A stretch of 64,000 nt of DNA, taken from positions 256,001 to 320,000 of the forward strand of contig JAVLKG010000001.1 in assembly GCA_032128875.1 (NCBI GenBank), in the 5' to 3' direction. The position numbers and the translations under genes are program-made. This document shows positions 14,792 through 25,010 of this stretch, piece after piece; the stretch's first letter is position 1, and the number at the start of each line of letters is the position of its first letter. This stretch comes from Candidatus Melainabacteria bacterium 17Bon1m (GTDB lineage: Bacteria; Cyanobacteriota; Vampirovibrionia; Obscuribacterales; Obscuribacteraceae). The notes beneath the pieces are model-generated. The model did no database searches and was not told where the DNA came from. It saw only the letters and a list, made by a program, of their open reading frames with translations.

Positions 14792-15925
14792 CTATTTTTG
14801 TTTCGTTCTTTCTAATAATGCGTTGTAGTCATCTTGCCACTCAGGCTTCTGAGTGTTTTGCTGTTTCGCTCGCTTATCTACCGCAATATTGTAGATTTTC
14901 AACGCTTCCACATCATCGCGTTTCAGTTCACAAAAGCGCGCCATGGTAATGAACATTCGCTCGCTCTCGTTTGTGCGTTTCAACAATTCGTTTTTGATTG
15001 CGTTAAACGCATCGTATTTCCTTTGTTTTAAAAGGGCGTAAGCCAGCGCAATTTGAACGTCAGTCAATCCGGCATTTTCGTCCGTTAGTTCTTTGATGTG
15101 TGCACTCGATTTTTGCGCATAATCTTCCGCCAGCGAATAGTGCTTAGAACTGTTTGCAATGAGAGCCAATCTGTAGAGCCCAAGCGCAGCACGCACATCA
15201 CCTACGGGCATTTGTTGTGCTTCGCTCGCCAGCTTGTCTAGCGACTTTCCGAATTCTTCTAATGTGTCAACGCTTACATTGGAAGATGGATCTGCTTCGG
15301 GATTTTCTTCGTTAAGAGAGGTGAGCGGATCGCCATACTTCAGTTGCTCGCCATCCGCGATTGACTTGAATTCATCAAGTTGTTTCAGCGCCGCATCGAC
15401 GCCGTCACAGTGTTTCTTGAGCTGCGCAGTGTAATCTTTTGGCACCGTGTTGTTTATAAGCGATTCAATAATCGCTTTGGTATCAGTACTCGTTCCACCT
15501 GCGGTGGCATTTTGATTCTCAATTTCCTTCTCGAAAAATTGCTTGAGCATTTGCGGGCTTCTCGCGTACAATTCCGCGGAGTTTTTCGCGTAGTTCGGAT
15601 CCATAATCAATTCGAGTTGCATTCTGATCAACATCTCTCGAATGATTCGCGCACTCTCATCCGGATGTCCCGCCTTCAACTGCGCAAGAGCATTTTGAGC
15701 TTGCATGGCAGGTGTTGCCGGCACAGATAATGTTGGTCCAGGCGTCGTTTGTTCCGGTGTCGTTTGTTCAGGTGTCGCCGGCTCAGCCGCTGTCGCAATC
15801 GATAAAGCAAACGAGCAATAGAGCAATCCGCAAATCAGAGCCGTCAGTGTGCGTTGTTTGAACCGCATGAATTCTCTCCCGAATGCACAGGGCATCAGGT
15901 AAGAATATAACAAACTCTTCGACAA
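14792..15925 (-). CDS. Secreted helical/TPR-like hypothetical protein
   Basis: Probable start MRFKQRTL (GGAG SD), signal peptide, PEQTT tandem repeat, TPR-like C-terminus. Confidence 0.75.
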   Translation of the reverse strand: MSKSLLYSYLMPCAFGREFMRFKQRTLTALICGLLYCSFALSIATAAEPATPEQTTPEQTTPGPTLSVPATPAMQAQNALAQLKAGHPDESARIIREMLIRMQLELIMDPNYAKNSAELYARSPQMLKQFFEKEIENQNATAGGTSTDTKAIIESLINNTVPKDYTAQLKKHCDGVDAALKQLDEFKSIADGEQLKYGDPLTSLNEENPEADPSSNVSVDTLEEFGKSLDKLASEAQQMPVGDVRAALGLYRLALIANSSKHYSLAEDYAQKSSAHIKELTDENAGLTDVQIALAYALLKQRKYDAFNAIKNELLKRTNESERMFITMARFCELKRDDVEALKIYNIAVDKRAKQQNTQKPEWQDDYNALLERTKQK

Positions 15926-15937
15926 TGCGATTTTGAA

Positions 15938-16288
15938 TTAGCTCTCGTCGTCAATTGCCGGAGCGAGATCTCGAATCCTGCGTGTTGCAGACTCTCTACG
16001 TTGTGAGAGTTCGGATGGTGTCGAATTCAAAAACTGGAGTATAGAGTCCCAGATCCCGGAGACCGCGTTAGAAATTATGGATATTAGGTTCGCAAACGAA
16101 GGAACTGAATCTTTCCAATTTCGCTCGAGCCAGTTTGAATCAAGTTTTGGCATGTGCACAGTTTCTGGGAAATTCACAACTTCAAAGTCGGTGAATTCAC
16201 GACTTCCACACGTCCGGCAAATCTTGTTTTCGGCCAGTGTTCTGAACTGACACTTATTGCAAATTTTTATCTTCATTTTGGTAACCAC
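15938..16288 (-). CDS. Hypothetical protein with N-terminal zinc ribbon
   Basis: CNKC...CRTCGS. Confidence 0.6.
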   Translation of the reverse strand: MVTKMKIKICNKCQFRTLAENKICRTCGSREFTDFEVVNFPETVHMPKLDSNWLERNWKDSVPSFANLISIISNAVSGIWDSILQFLNSTPSELSQRRESATRRIRDLAPAIDDES

Positions 16289-16409
16289 GTCACACTTTCA
16301 AGTTTGACTGCTGTGACCGCAACTTTGTTCCATGTTTATCTGCCCGTCACTTAAAGGGAACAAAATGCCCTGATCGCTTGTCTCCCAAGCGAAATTAAGG
16401 ATTAGTGCT

Positions 16410-16877
16410 ATGAGAAAGCAAAAACAAAGCGTTTTGTTTTTCAGTTGTCTATTGGTCGGGTTAACGTTTGCAATGGGTCAGCCATCATTTGCGGCGCGCC
16501 AAGACGACGGTGAAGACAAGCCGAGCAAGCTTTCGAGAATTTTTAGAGGTGTTGCATCCTTTTATGGAAAAAAGTTTCACGGAAAGAAGACCGCTTCAGG
16601 AAAGCCGTTTGACATGAATGCATTCACGTGCGCGCACCCGAGTTTGCCTTTCGGAACACCGGTGTTAGTGCAAAACGAGAGTAACGGTGCGCAGTGCCAA
16701 GTCGTTGTAACGGATAGGGGACCCTATGCACATAACCGATGCATCGATTTATCGAAAGCTGCTGCCAGAAGACTTGGTATCACCGGAGTAGCGAAGGTGG
16801 TCTGCAAGACTGGGCGCTTTATCAAGAATGGGCTCGACAGCGATGGACCGCCGAGACAAACGGCTTCCAGCAGATAG
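16410..16877 (+). CDS. rlpA: RlpA-family DPBB lytic transglycosylase-like protein
   Basis: GVASFYG, HGKKTASG, AHPSLPFGT, VTDRGPY, IDLSKAAA. Confidence 0.9.
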   Translation: MRKQKQSVLFFSCLLVGLTFAMGQPSFAARQDDGEDKPSKLSRIFRGVASFYGKKFHGKKTASGKPFDMNAFTCAHPSLPFGTPVLVQNESNGAQCQVVVTDRGPYAHNRCIDLSKAAARRLGITGVAKVVCKTGRFIKNGLDSDGPPRQTASSR

Positions 16878-16893
16878 AGCTTTTTCCCGTGAT

Positions 16894-17685
16894 TTACGCT
16901 GCTAGCTTTTCTTCCAAGAATTTTGAAAATTCAGTAAATGCGTCTTTCAAATCTTCGTAGTGTTCTGCTGCCTCAACCCAATCGCCGTCGCTGAGCATAT
17001 CGTTGAGCTCTCTGCAAAATTTGCAGATGGTGCGCGCACCCACGTCGGCGCTGGCTGAGTTCAACTCTTGCAAGACGCGGAAACACTGAAATTTGTCGTG
17101 CTCACTCAAAAGCTTCTCGAGCGTTTCCACGTAATTCTGAGCGCTGGTCAAGTAGTTGCGCAGCAAATTGCTGAAATTCTCATCACCGAAATTCTCGAGA
17201 ATTCGCTTCAAATCTTCAGGGTCAAGCCAGATGCCTTCGTAATGCGTGAGGTCGATATCCTCATTGCTCGCAGCTGTCTCCACGTTCTTCTGCAGCCAAT
17301 GATTGACCTTCACGTAGAGAAAGTCTCTATCGATGGGCTTTGCGATGTGGTCGTCCATGCCGGCGTCCAGGCATTTCTGCTTGTCAGCATCTGAAGAAAG
17401 CGCAGTGACCGCGATAATCGGCGTGTGCCCGCCGCTCGCTTTTTCCATCTGTCGGATGATTTGCGTAGCTTCGAGCCCGTCCATCTTAGGCATATGGACG
17501 TCCATCAGGATAAGGTTGTAATGGGTGCTTTTTACCGCCTCGACCGCTTCCCGCCCGTTTTCGACCGTGTCACAGTCGAAATTAAACTTGTCCAAAAGCA
17601 GCAGCAGCACCTTTGTGTTGACCTTATTGTCTTCGGCAATAAGTATTTTGGCTGGTGAGTCTTTTCCGGCGGTCGCTTCTGGCAT
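16894..17685 (-). CDS. Response regulator receiver plus HPt-like domain
   Basis: ILIAEDN, LILMDVHMPKMDG, IIAVTA, AGMDDHIAKP; four-helix C-terminus (LNSASADVGA) in which the usual HPt His is not evident. Confidence 0.88.
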   Translation of the reverse strand: MPEATAGKDSPAKILIAEDNKVNTKVLLLLLDKFNFDCDTVENGREAVEAVKSTHYNLILMDVHMPKMDGLEATQIIRQMEKASGGHTPIIAVTALSSDADKQKCLDAGMDDHIAKPIDRDFLYVKVNHWLQKNVETAASNEDIDLTHYEGIWLDPEDLKRILENFGDENFSNLLRNYLTSAQNYVETLEKLLSEHDKFQCFRVLQELNSASADVGARTICKFCRELNDMLSDGDWVEAAEHYEDLKDAFTEFSKFLEEKLAA

Positions 17686-17881
17686 CCTGATTCGTCCGTT
17701 TGAGTTGCCAACCTTATACCAGATTTGGACTTTCCCTACCTTACCGTTGGGCTGAAGCGCACCCCTGTGGGCGTATGGAGCGTCACATCTTGTAGTGTTT
17801 GCCCGGCGGAGGCGCTCTAAAAAGTAAAGGGATCGCGGCTGGCTTTCTAATTTATGATTGTGCTTTTCAGGCGGTAATCCC

Positions 17882-18520
17882 ATGATCGTACAAAAGCAAG
17901 AGATTGATTTAGCGACCTGGGCGCGCGCCCCGCACTTTGAATTCTTTCGAGAATTTCTTGAACCCTGCTACGGCATTACTTTTCGCGTCGATTGCACCGA
18001 TGGTTACACGTATGCAAAGGCGAAAGGGTATTCATTCTTTCAATATTGTCTGTTCTGGACGCTGACGGCTGCGCAGAGCATTGAAGCGTTTAAGTTGCGC
18101 ATTGAAGAAGACAGGCTTGTTCGCTACGAGCGCCTTGATGCCGGCTCAGCCATTGATCGTCCAGATGGTACGTTTGGATTTGGGCATTTTTTATATGATG
18201 CAAATGGGACCAAGTTTTTGACAGAAGCGAAGGAGGAGGTCGCGCGTGTTCGCAATACAACTAAATTGCTGCGACCTGAGGTCAATAACATAATTCGTTA
18301 TTCGGCGTTGCCGTGGATCGATTTTACGTCTATTACTCATGCGCAGAAGTTCGCTCAAGCTGACAGCTGTCCGCGCATTACATTCGGCAAAATGACTGAG
18401 GTCAACGGATGCAGGAGCATGCCCATTGCTGTTCATGTCCACCATGCGCTTGTTGATGGTCGGGATGTGGGACTGTTTGTGGAAAAGCTCGAACAGTTCA
18501 AAATTAGCGACTATGAATAA
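17882..18520 (+). CDS. Chloramphenicol acetyltransferase type A family protein
   Basis: IDLATWARAPHFEFF, SALPWIDFTS, PRITFGK, catalytic VHHALVDG. Confidence 0.9.
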   Translation: MIVQKQEIDLATWARAPHFEFFREFLEPCYGITFRVDCTDGYTYAKAKGYSFFQYCLFWTLTAAQSIEAFKLRIEEDRLVRYERLDAGSAIDRPDGTFGFGHFLYDANGTKFLTEAKEEVARVRNTTKLLRPEVNNIIRYSALPWIDFTSITHAQKFAQADSCPRITFGKMTEVNGCRSMPIAVHVHHALVDGRDVGLFVEKLEQFKISDYE

Positions 18521-18645
18521 ATTGTTGCGTTCCGAATTCCTGCTGCAAAACCGGTTAGTATCAGATTAGACGCCGTGTTTTGAAGCGGCAAAACGTGCTC
18601 AAATGAGCCGTGTATTTGCGCGTCTGGAGTGCAATAGAAAAATAA

Positions 18646-19290
18646 ATGACAAGAAAACAAATGCAGATTGGTGCAATTTATTTGGATAAAAACAGCGGAA
18701 AGCCGCTGGTTGTCTTGCATGACCCGGAGGGTAAATTGATAATGCCGATTTGGGTCGGTATGTCTGAGGTGCGAGCGATTAGCTTGGCTGCAAGTAAGGA
18801 AGCCGCTAGTAATGGTGTGCCTGGGGACGAGTTGGGCGGTACGGAGTCCTCTAGAGCCGGCGAACCTAACGACGATGTGATGAGCGAAATCAGCAGCGGC
18901 GAATCATCGGGCCTGGCAGTGCCACGTCCTCGACCTTCTGTTTACGAAGTGTTTTTGTCGGCAGTTGAAACAATGGGCGGGCGTGTAAGAGAGGTTTCGA
19001 TCGAGGCGAACAAGGAAGATGTCTTCACCGCTTGGGTGAGTTTAGAACCGGCGTTTGACCCCGTGCCGATGGAAAACATAGTAGAGCGTATCGAGGCGCG
19101 CCCGGCAGATGCGGTTGTTCTCGCGAGTATTTCCGGAGCGCCGCTTTTCGTGTCGTCGGATTTGTTTGACCAGGCGGAAGTAAAAGCGCAGGCGCCGATG
19201 GATGAAAAAGAAACTGAGAAATTCAAAGAGTTTCTCAAAGATCTCAAACCATCCGATTTTGCAAAGTACATTGGAAGAGATCCGGAATAA
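18646..19290 (+). CDS. Bifunctional nuclease family protein (DUF151)
   Basis: MPIWVGMSEVRAI, PRP, EARPADAVVLA, FKEFLKDLKPSDF; about 40-aa acidic Gly/Ser insertion. Confidence 0.85.
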   Translation: MTRKQMQIGAIYLDKNSGKPLVVLHDPEGKLIMPIWVGMSEVRAISLAASKEAASNGVPGDELGGTESSRAGEPNDDVMSEISSGESSGLAVPRPRPSVYEVFLSAVETMGGRVREVSIEANKEDVFTAWVSLEPAFDPVPMENIVERIEARPADAVVLASISGAPLFVSSDLFDQAEVKAQAPMDEKETEKFKEFLKDLKPSDFAKYIGRDPE

Positions 19291-19366
19291 GACAACCAAT
19301 GGACTGAACCTTAACGTCGGCAGGATGCCTTCTGCAGGCGAAAAGATGGCGGTCTAAGAACAAGCC

Positions 19367-19391
19367 GGGCGATGTATGTCATCGCCCTTAC
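19367..19391. repeat. REP-like palindrome (family 1)
   Basis: GGGCGATGTATGTCATCGCCCTTAC, overlapping the P450 stop. Confidence 0.7.
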
Positions 19392-20611
19392 GCTTTGACT
19401 AACAGGTGTTTTGGTCCGCGAAGCGCGAGTGGGAATTTGAAGTCCACTTGCTGATCAACCATTTTTAGATTTGGGAAATTGGAGAACAGGCTCGTCAATG
19501 CAATTTCGCATTCCGCCTCGGCAAGTGAGGCACCGATGCATCTGTGGATGCCTTCACTAAAGCTGATGTGTCGGTTATGGGCGCGCGTAATATCGAAGAC
19601 ATGTGCGTCTTTGAATTCTTTGTCATCGCGATTTGCACTTCCCAGGAGTATCCAAACCATATCTCCTGCCTTTATTGTTTTGCTGCCGACTACGACGTCC
19701 TTGTTGGCGAGACGTGGTACCGCTTGCGCTGGACCGTCATAGCGTAAAACCTCTTGTACTGCGGAAGTGACCAGCTGTGGGTTTTCTATTAACTTGGCTA
19801 ATTGTTCCGGATTACGCGTCAGGTTTAGAACCGCATTTGATATCAGGTTGACGGTGGTTTCTTGTCCGGCAACCAAAAACAGAATCAAGTTGCTGAGCAG
19901 CTCTGCGGTGTTTAAGCGACTGCCTTCTTCCTCTGCACTGATAAGCATGCTGAGCATGTCATCGCGTAAATCTTTTCGTCGTTCTTCGATCAGTGGTGTC
20001 AGATATCTTCGCAGTTCGATAATTGCGCTTCCACTGGTCCAAACCGAAGGGAAAGAACGATTGCCACCAGCGATAGAAACGAGCATGTTTGACCATTTCT
20101 TCAGGAGCTCGCGGTCCGACACGGGGATACCCATGATCAGCGCTATAACTGTAAGCGGAAGTGGAAATGCGTAGTCAGCAACCAGGTCAAACTCGCCTTT
20201 CTCCTTGGCGATGTTGATGAGTTCGACGGCGGTCTCTTCTATCTCCGGTTTTAATCGATTCACCGTAGATGGTGCAAAAGTTCGTCCGACCAAGGATCTT
20301 ACGCGGGTGTGGTCTGGGGGATTGAGGTTGAGCAACCAGCTGCTTGATGTTTCGCGCAAAGCTTTGAACGGTGGGAAAAACAATGCCCACTTTGGATTGG
20401 GCGAATGCTTCCACCTCTGGATTTGTTTCTCAAAATCAGAGCTTCGCAGAATTAACTGTGCCTCTGCATATGTGCTTACAATCCAGACCTTCGAGGCACC
20501 ACACCACCACACAGGTTCTGCTGCACGCAGGCGGCTATACAAGGGGTATGGATCGTTGAGCTCGGCTTGAGCGCGAATGGTTAGTGGGTTTTTCAACGCA
20601 ATGGCAGGCAT
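19388..20611 (-). CDS. Cytochrome P450
   Basis: PPDHTRVR, AGQETT, EVLRYD, FSEGIHRCIG heme signature. Confidence 0.95.
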   Translation of the reverse strand: MPAIALKNPLTIRAQAELNDPYPLYSRLRAAEPVWWCGASKVWIVSTYAEAQLILRSSDFEKQIQRWKHSPNPKWALFFPPFKALRETSSSWLLNLNPPDHTRVRSLVGRTFAPSTVNRLKPEIEETAVELINIAKEKGEFDLVADYAFPLPLTVIALIMGIPVSDRELLKKWSNMLVSIAGGNRSFPSVWTSGSAIIELRRYLTPLIEERRKDLRDDMLSMLISAEEEGSRLNTAELLSNLILFLVAGQETTVNLISNAVLNLTRNPEQLAKLIENPQLVTSAVQEVLRYDGPAQAVPRLANKDVVVGSKTIKAGDMVWILLGSANRDDKEFKDAHVFDITRAHNRHISFSEGIHRCIGASLAEAECEIALTSLFSNFPNLKMVDQQVDFKFPLALRGPKHLLVKA

Positions 20612-20703
20612 GGAATTTTGGTCTGCTAGATAACAGTCCAAGTTTACTCCACTGCCGGAGGTCGTCCGTTAGATGTGTGTAACCGACGGCGATACTACGA
20701 ACA

Positions 20704-20913
20704 TTAGCGTGCAGAGCGGTCATCCTTGGGTGAAGTCCTCGGGTTGAGAACGTCAACAGTATCGCTTTGGACTGCTGTTCCATCCTCGGAATAACCCTTC
20801 GTCGGGTTGCCCGGAGACTTTGGCCACAGAACGGCAAGCGCCATTACAAATATGAACGCGACTGACATTAAGATCATGCCTAACGGCGCACGGCTATCAT
20901 TTGCTACTTTCAT
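20704..20913 (-). CDS. Small single-TM protein
   Basis: GAGGTG SD; hydrophobic helix. Confidence 0.55.
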   Translation of the reverse strand: MKVANDSRAPLGMILMSVAFIFVMALAVLWPKSPGNPTKGYSEDGTAVQSDTVDVLNPRTSPKDDRSAR

Positions 20914-21008
20914 CTTTCACCTCAAGTTTTGTACTTACAAGCTTTGCCTTTTGTTGACCCAACGCTGTGAAATTGGTTCCTCTTCAAGTTTTTTCGCATG
21001 TAGAACCG

Positions 21009-21527
21009 CTAGCTAGCTCTGCGTCGCCTTTTCGCCTCTTCTACCTTCTTATTCTCTGCCAGCCTGGTCAGTCGTATTTTTCTTCGTTGTACTTTCTCTG
21101 CCAGAGCATCGAGATCAACATTAGCTCGTTTCAGTTTTGGCAATAATTCTTTTTCTTCTTCTTCCACGTGGTGCTCGATCATTTCCTTCAGAACTGCGAC
21201 TTTTGCACCGAAGTTGATTTCAAAACCGTCCATTTGAATCAGGTCAGCAAGCAGAACTTTTACAAGTTTGTGCTCTTCAAACGCTTCGATGGTTTTTTCT
21301 TCCAGAATTTCTATGATCTCCGGATAAACCATGTCCTCTTCAATCAGGCTGTGAATGGTAAGCTCCGTAACAATTTCATTTACCAAACTTTTCTGCTTCT
21401 CTATTGATTCAGCTTTGTCAAATTCGTTAAAAAGTTGTTTTACTTTGCGGTGATCTGCCTTTAGCATTGTCACGATTTTAGGTTCACTGAAAATTGACCG
21501 CACAGCGTTACTAATGTCGTTATCCAT
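21009..21527 (-). CDS. Hemerythrin/HHE cation-binding protein
   Basis: ADHRKV, HSLIEEDMVYP, EEHKLV, HHVEEEEKELLP. Confidence 0.9.
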   Translation of the reverse strand: MDNDISNAVRSIFSEPKIVTMLKADHRKVKQLFNEFDKAESIEKQKSLVNEIVTELTIHSLIEEDMVYPEIIEILEEKTIEAFEEHKLVKVLLADLIQMDGFEINFGAKVAVLKEMIEHHVEEEEKELLPKLKRANVDLDALAEKVQRRKIRLTRLAENKKVEEAKRRRRAS

Positions 21528-21776
21528 ATGGTTTCCTCTTCATTTTGGCTTGCTCAAAAGGAGACCTGAGAAGCTGTCGAATGTTCCTATTTCGTCTAAT
21601 TCGAGTGTCACATTTGGATGCCTGCCCACCGATTTAGCTGTCGGTTTGCCTTGTGTACTTGGAGCTTAAAGTGTGGGCTCAAGCGTTGGGTCTATGTGTT
21701 CACAAGATTTGTACTGTTCTAGTTTCCAGGTTGTTTGAATAGTGGACTGATCTGAAGTTTCCCGCTATCCTCTCTG

Positions 21777-23141
21777 ATGTTTTCCCAAAAAGAGATAAGA
21801 ATCATGAGAACGAACAATGTGAAACGCCAAGCGACGTTGGTTCATGTATTAATGCTCTTCTTTTGGGTCTGCTCGTTGAGTTGCATGCGCCCCCAATCGG
21901 TACTTGCAGTGACACCGACGTCCGATGTGCTAAGTGATGGTGAAAGAACCACAGATCCCTGGTCGACAAATGGGAAATCTCAGGAAGAATATAAGCAGCT
22001 TTTGTCCATTCGAACTCATAGCCTAAAGCTTAATCCAAAAAATCCAACTGAGCTAAATGCCAGAGCTGATGCGTATTTACATTTGAAAATGTCTAAAGAA
22101 GCTTACGACGACGCTAATGCCTCCATCTCGCTCAAATCTAAAGATCCAGAGTTGGTTGAGAAAGCTTTCTGCATTAGAGGGCAAGCTCAAATACAGCAAC
22201 AACAGTACAATCGCGCACTTGATGATTTGAATAAAGCCTGCTCTTTGGATAATGAAAGTGGAGAAGCGTTTTATTTTCGTGGGATGGCGAAAGAAAAGCT
22301 TGGACAGTTGGCTGAAGCAATCAAGGATTATGCGAGTGCGCGGTCGTTCGGATATACCGCAAAAGGTTTCGACGTAGACTTTTCTCGTTTCATGGAAACG
22401 ATGCAGCGCCAAATCAAAAAGGGTTGGTTTCCGCCAAAAGGAGAGGAGAGCAAGAGAGTAGTAACTGTTTTCAAATTGGCTCGTAACGGAAGTATGTCAG
22501 ATTTGAGAATCAGCCAATCTTCTGGCGTTGCTGCTGTGGATGCAGCTGCGAAAAGAGCTGTTGAAAGTGCGTTTCCTTTTGGACGACTGCCGCTTGGTGT
22601 CCCGAGACATGTTGACGTTGAATTCAAGTTTGACTACAACGTCTTCAGTGGAGGCGATCGTATTTCTGGTGTCAAAACAACTGCTCCTCCAGCAGGTTTT
22701 TCATATCTTGACCATACAACTAAGCAATGGAATCAAGCAGAAAGCGATGCTATGAAGGAAATGCAGGAAGCTCAAAAGAAAAATGATGATACAGCATTAT
22801 GGAGAGCGCAGTTGAAACTTGCTGACATTTACTCTGATAGAGGTAAGTATGAAGCCGCAATAGCGCTGTATCAGGGAGCGTTGCAAGCGTTGAAAAAGGA
22901 TCCAGCCAAGAACTGGGATTACGGTAAAGCTCTCGGGCATTTGGCAATTGTTTACTCACTTCAAGGCAAAAATGCTGAAGCAATGCTTCAGTTTGAGAAT
23001 TCGCTTTATGTGATAGATAAGGAGCCGGGATATCCCCAACATGAAGATGTTGTGCGAATCTTAAAAGAGTACGCGAAAGTTCTCTATAAATCGAACAAGA
23101 GAGAGGAAGCCAACAAAATCTATGCGCGATTGAAAAAATAA
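21777..23141 (+). CDS. Secreted TPR - TonB C-terminal - TPR protein
   Basis: TPRs flank QIKKGWFPP...VVTVFKLARNG...SSGVAAVDAAAKRAV...PFGRLP...VEFKFDY. Confidence 0.85.
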   Translation: MFSQKEIRIMRTNNVKRQATLVHVLMLFFWVCSLSCMRPQSVLAVTPTSDVLSDGERTTDPWSTNGKSQEEYKQLLSIRTHSLKLNPKNPTELNARADAYLHLKMSKEAYDDANASISLKSKDPELVEKAFCIRGQAQIQQQQYNRALDDLNKACSLDNESGEAFYFRGMAKEKLGQLAEAIKDYASARSFGYTAKGFDVDFSRFMETMQRQIKKGWFPPKGEESKRVVTVFKLARNGSMSDLRISQSSGVAAVDAAAKRAVESAFPFGRLPLGVPRHVDVEFKFDYNVFSGGDRISGVKTTAPPAGFSYLDHTTKQWNQAESDAMKEMQEAQKKNDDTALWRAQLKLADIYSDRGKYEAAIALYQGALQALKKDPAKNWDYGKALGHLAIVYSLQGKNAEAMLQFENSLYVIDKEPGYPQHEDVVRILKEYAKVLYKSNKREEANKIYARLKK

Positions 23142-23205
23142 TGTGTTCACTGCGCCGGCTTTTGTAGCGCGTTAGAATTCGATTCTAGTTTTCGATTGAA
23201 AGATC

Positions 23206-24774
23206 TTAGCCTGCCACCACGGGCAATGCATCGCAGACGAACTTGGTTTCGTCCTCAGCATCAAACGCCGGATCTATGGCAAGCAGTTTTTCGTGCACCA
23301 CTTTCTCTTCATCGTGACGTTTGAGCTTGTGCAAGCAGAGTCTCAATCCAATGAGACTTTCTACAAGATCGACCGCCTTTTTCCCAAGGAATTCTTCTTG
23401 CATGCCGATGAGTTTTGTAAATTCACGTTCGGCTTCTTCAAAGTTTTCCTCTCTGCATAAGAGCACTGCATAGATATATAAGCATTCAGAGCAATAGAAG
23501 TAGTCTAATTTCTCGCTGCCGTTTTCAATTGATTTCTCATAGTGTTCTATCGCTTTCTTTGCGCATGTCATTGCTTCTTTGAGCATGCCCAGCTCGAACG
23601 CAGTTTTGGCAAAATTCGAATAACTGTTGAATAGACTGTCGAAATCATCGCTCTGCTGTTTATCGAGCCAAGCGACCTTCTTTTCAAAAATAGTCTTCAT
23701 GTCAGTGAGAGACTCGCCAGCTTCGAGAAGAACCGCGCCGAGCATTTTCGCTGTGAGGAGGAACATATCCCCGCCATCATTCAGCATTTCAGCTTCACGC
23801 AAAGCGGTTTTGAATGCTTTCTTTGTTGATTTGAAATCTTCTCTGCGAAGATGTGTGTCCGCGAGTTCCATCTCGCGCTGCCACTTTTTGAAACGAATCT
23901 CGTCTTGCACTTCTTCTGCACCGTAAAGAAGGTGCTTCGTATCAAAGATTTTTGACAGCCACTCTAGCGCACCAGGAGTCTGCTTCCACGCGGGCATTGA
24001 GATAAGGGCAAATTGTTCGTCCCAGTCTGTGAGCAAACTATCCGCATCCGTATGCTCTTCTTCGTCCATTTCATCGAGCTCATCTGTGAGGATGACGGCA
24101 ATCATCACACTATCGTTTAGCGCGACGGAAAGGGCACTGCGCGATTGAATGCAATCACCCATCTCCTTAAATTTCACGAGCGCATTCATGTAGTACCAAT
24201 GTGCGAGCGGCACTGGATCTCTTTCTACTTCCGCGCGCGCCTCTGCGGTTTTGTTTGCGCAAATCAACTGCGTTGTTAGTGCCACGAATAGTGCGTCTAG
24301 GTTGTCTTGATTCAACCACAGTAGATCTGTGCTGGACTGCAGCTCTTGCAATTCTTTGAGTGCTTCTTCCTGCTTGCCATTTCTCAACAGGGCGTCAGCA
24401 AATTCGAGGGTAATGGCGGCATAGATCATGTCACCTTTGAGACTGTTACCTTTAGTGGTTTTGAACTGTTGGTCGATGCTGTTTTTCTGTGCTTCTCGGT
24501 AGTGTTTTTCCTTCTCGGAAAACTTATCGCTGGAGCGTGCCAACACGAGATTCGCTATGCCCAAATCTGGCTTGCCATCCTTCAAAATCCGATTAGCAAT
24601 GTCGATCCGCTTTGCGCTATCAGGTTCGCCCATGAGCGTGAGGATGTCTTCTGATGCGTCGGCAAGCTCTTTGCTGTCAGGATCGGAGTTGTCGAACAGC
24701 TCGAAAAATCTGAATGCTTCGGTTTCTGCGGCACCACGCCAAAATTCTTCAACCGGGGAAACGGTATTTGCCAT
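23206..24774 (-). CDS. TPR-like helical protein
   Basis: Long acidic helical ORF with TPR-like repeats. Confidence 0.75.
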   Translation of the reverse strand: MANTVSPVEEFWRGAAETEAFRFFELFDNSDPDSKELADASEDILTLMGEPDSAKRIDIANRILKDGKPDLGIANLVLARSSDKFSEKEKHYREAQKNSIDQQFKTTKGNSLKGDMIYAAITLEFADALLRNGKQEEALKELQELQSSTDLLWLNQDNLDALFVALTTQLICANKTAEARAEVERDPVPLAHWYYMNALVKFKEMGDCIQSRSALSVALNDSVMIAVILTDELDEMDEEEHTDADSLLTDWDEQFALISMPAWKQTPGALEWLSKIFDTKHLLYGAEEVQDEIRFKKWQREMELADTHLRREDFKSTKKAFKTALREAEMLNDGGDMFLLTAKMLGAVLLEAGESLTDMKTIFEKKVAWLDKQQSDDFDSLFNSYSNFAKTAFELGMLKEAMTCAKKAIEHYEKSIENGSEKLDYFYCSECLYIYAVLLCREENFEEAEREFTKLIGMQEEFLGKKAVDLVESLIGLRLCLHKLKRHDEEKVVHEKLLAIDPAFDAEDETKFVCDALPVVAG

Positions 24775-24862
24775 CGCTGCTCTCCGCTGGGCGAAAGGGA
24801 AGTATAAGGCAACTATTGTACGCTGTTGGCAGCGTTGGGGCGATGACGCGCATTATTTTAGC

Positions 24863-24933
24863 GTGGGGGCGCGTTGCACGCGCTCTGTTTTCTAGATGCA
24901 TCCAAGCCGGGCGACGCATGGCTTCGCCTCTAC
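24863..24933. repeat. REP-like elements (families 2 and 1)
   Basis: GTGGGGGCGCGTTGCACGCGCTC and GGGCGACGCATGGCTTCGCCTCTAC. Confidence 0.75.
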
Positions 24934-25010
24934 AATCGCCGCTGTAATAGCCAAGAGGCTAGAATAACAACGATTTCGCCCGATTCTTAGGCAAATAGAG
25001 AACTGAAAAC

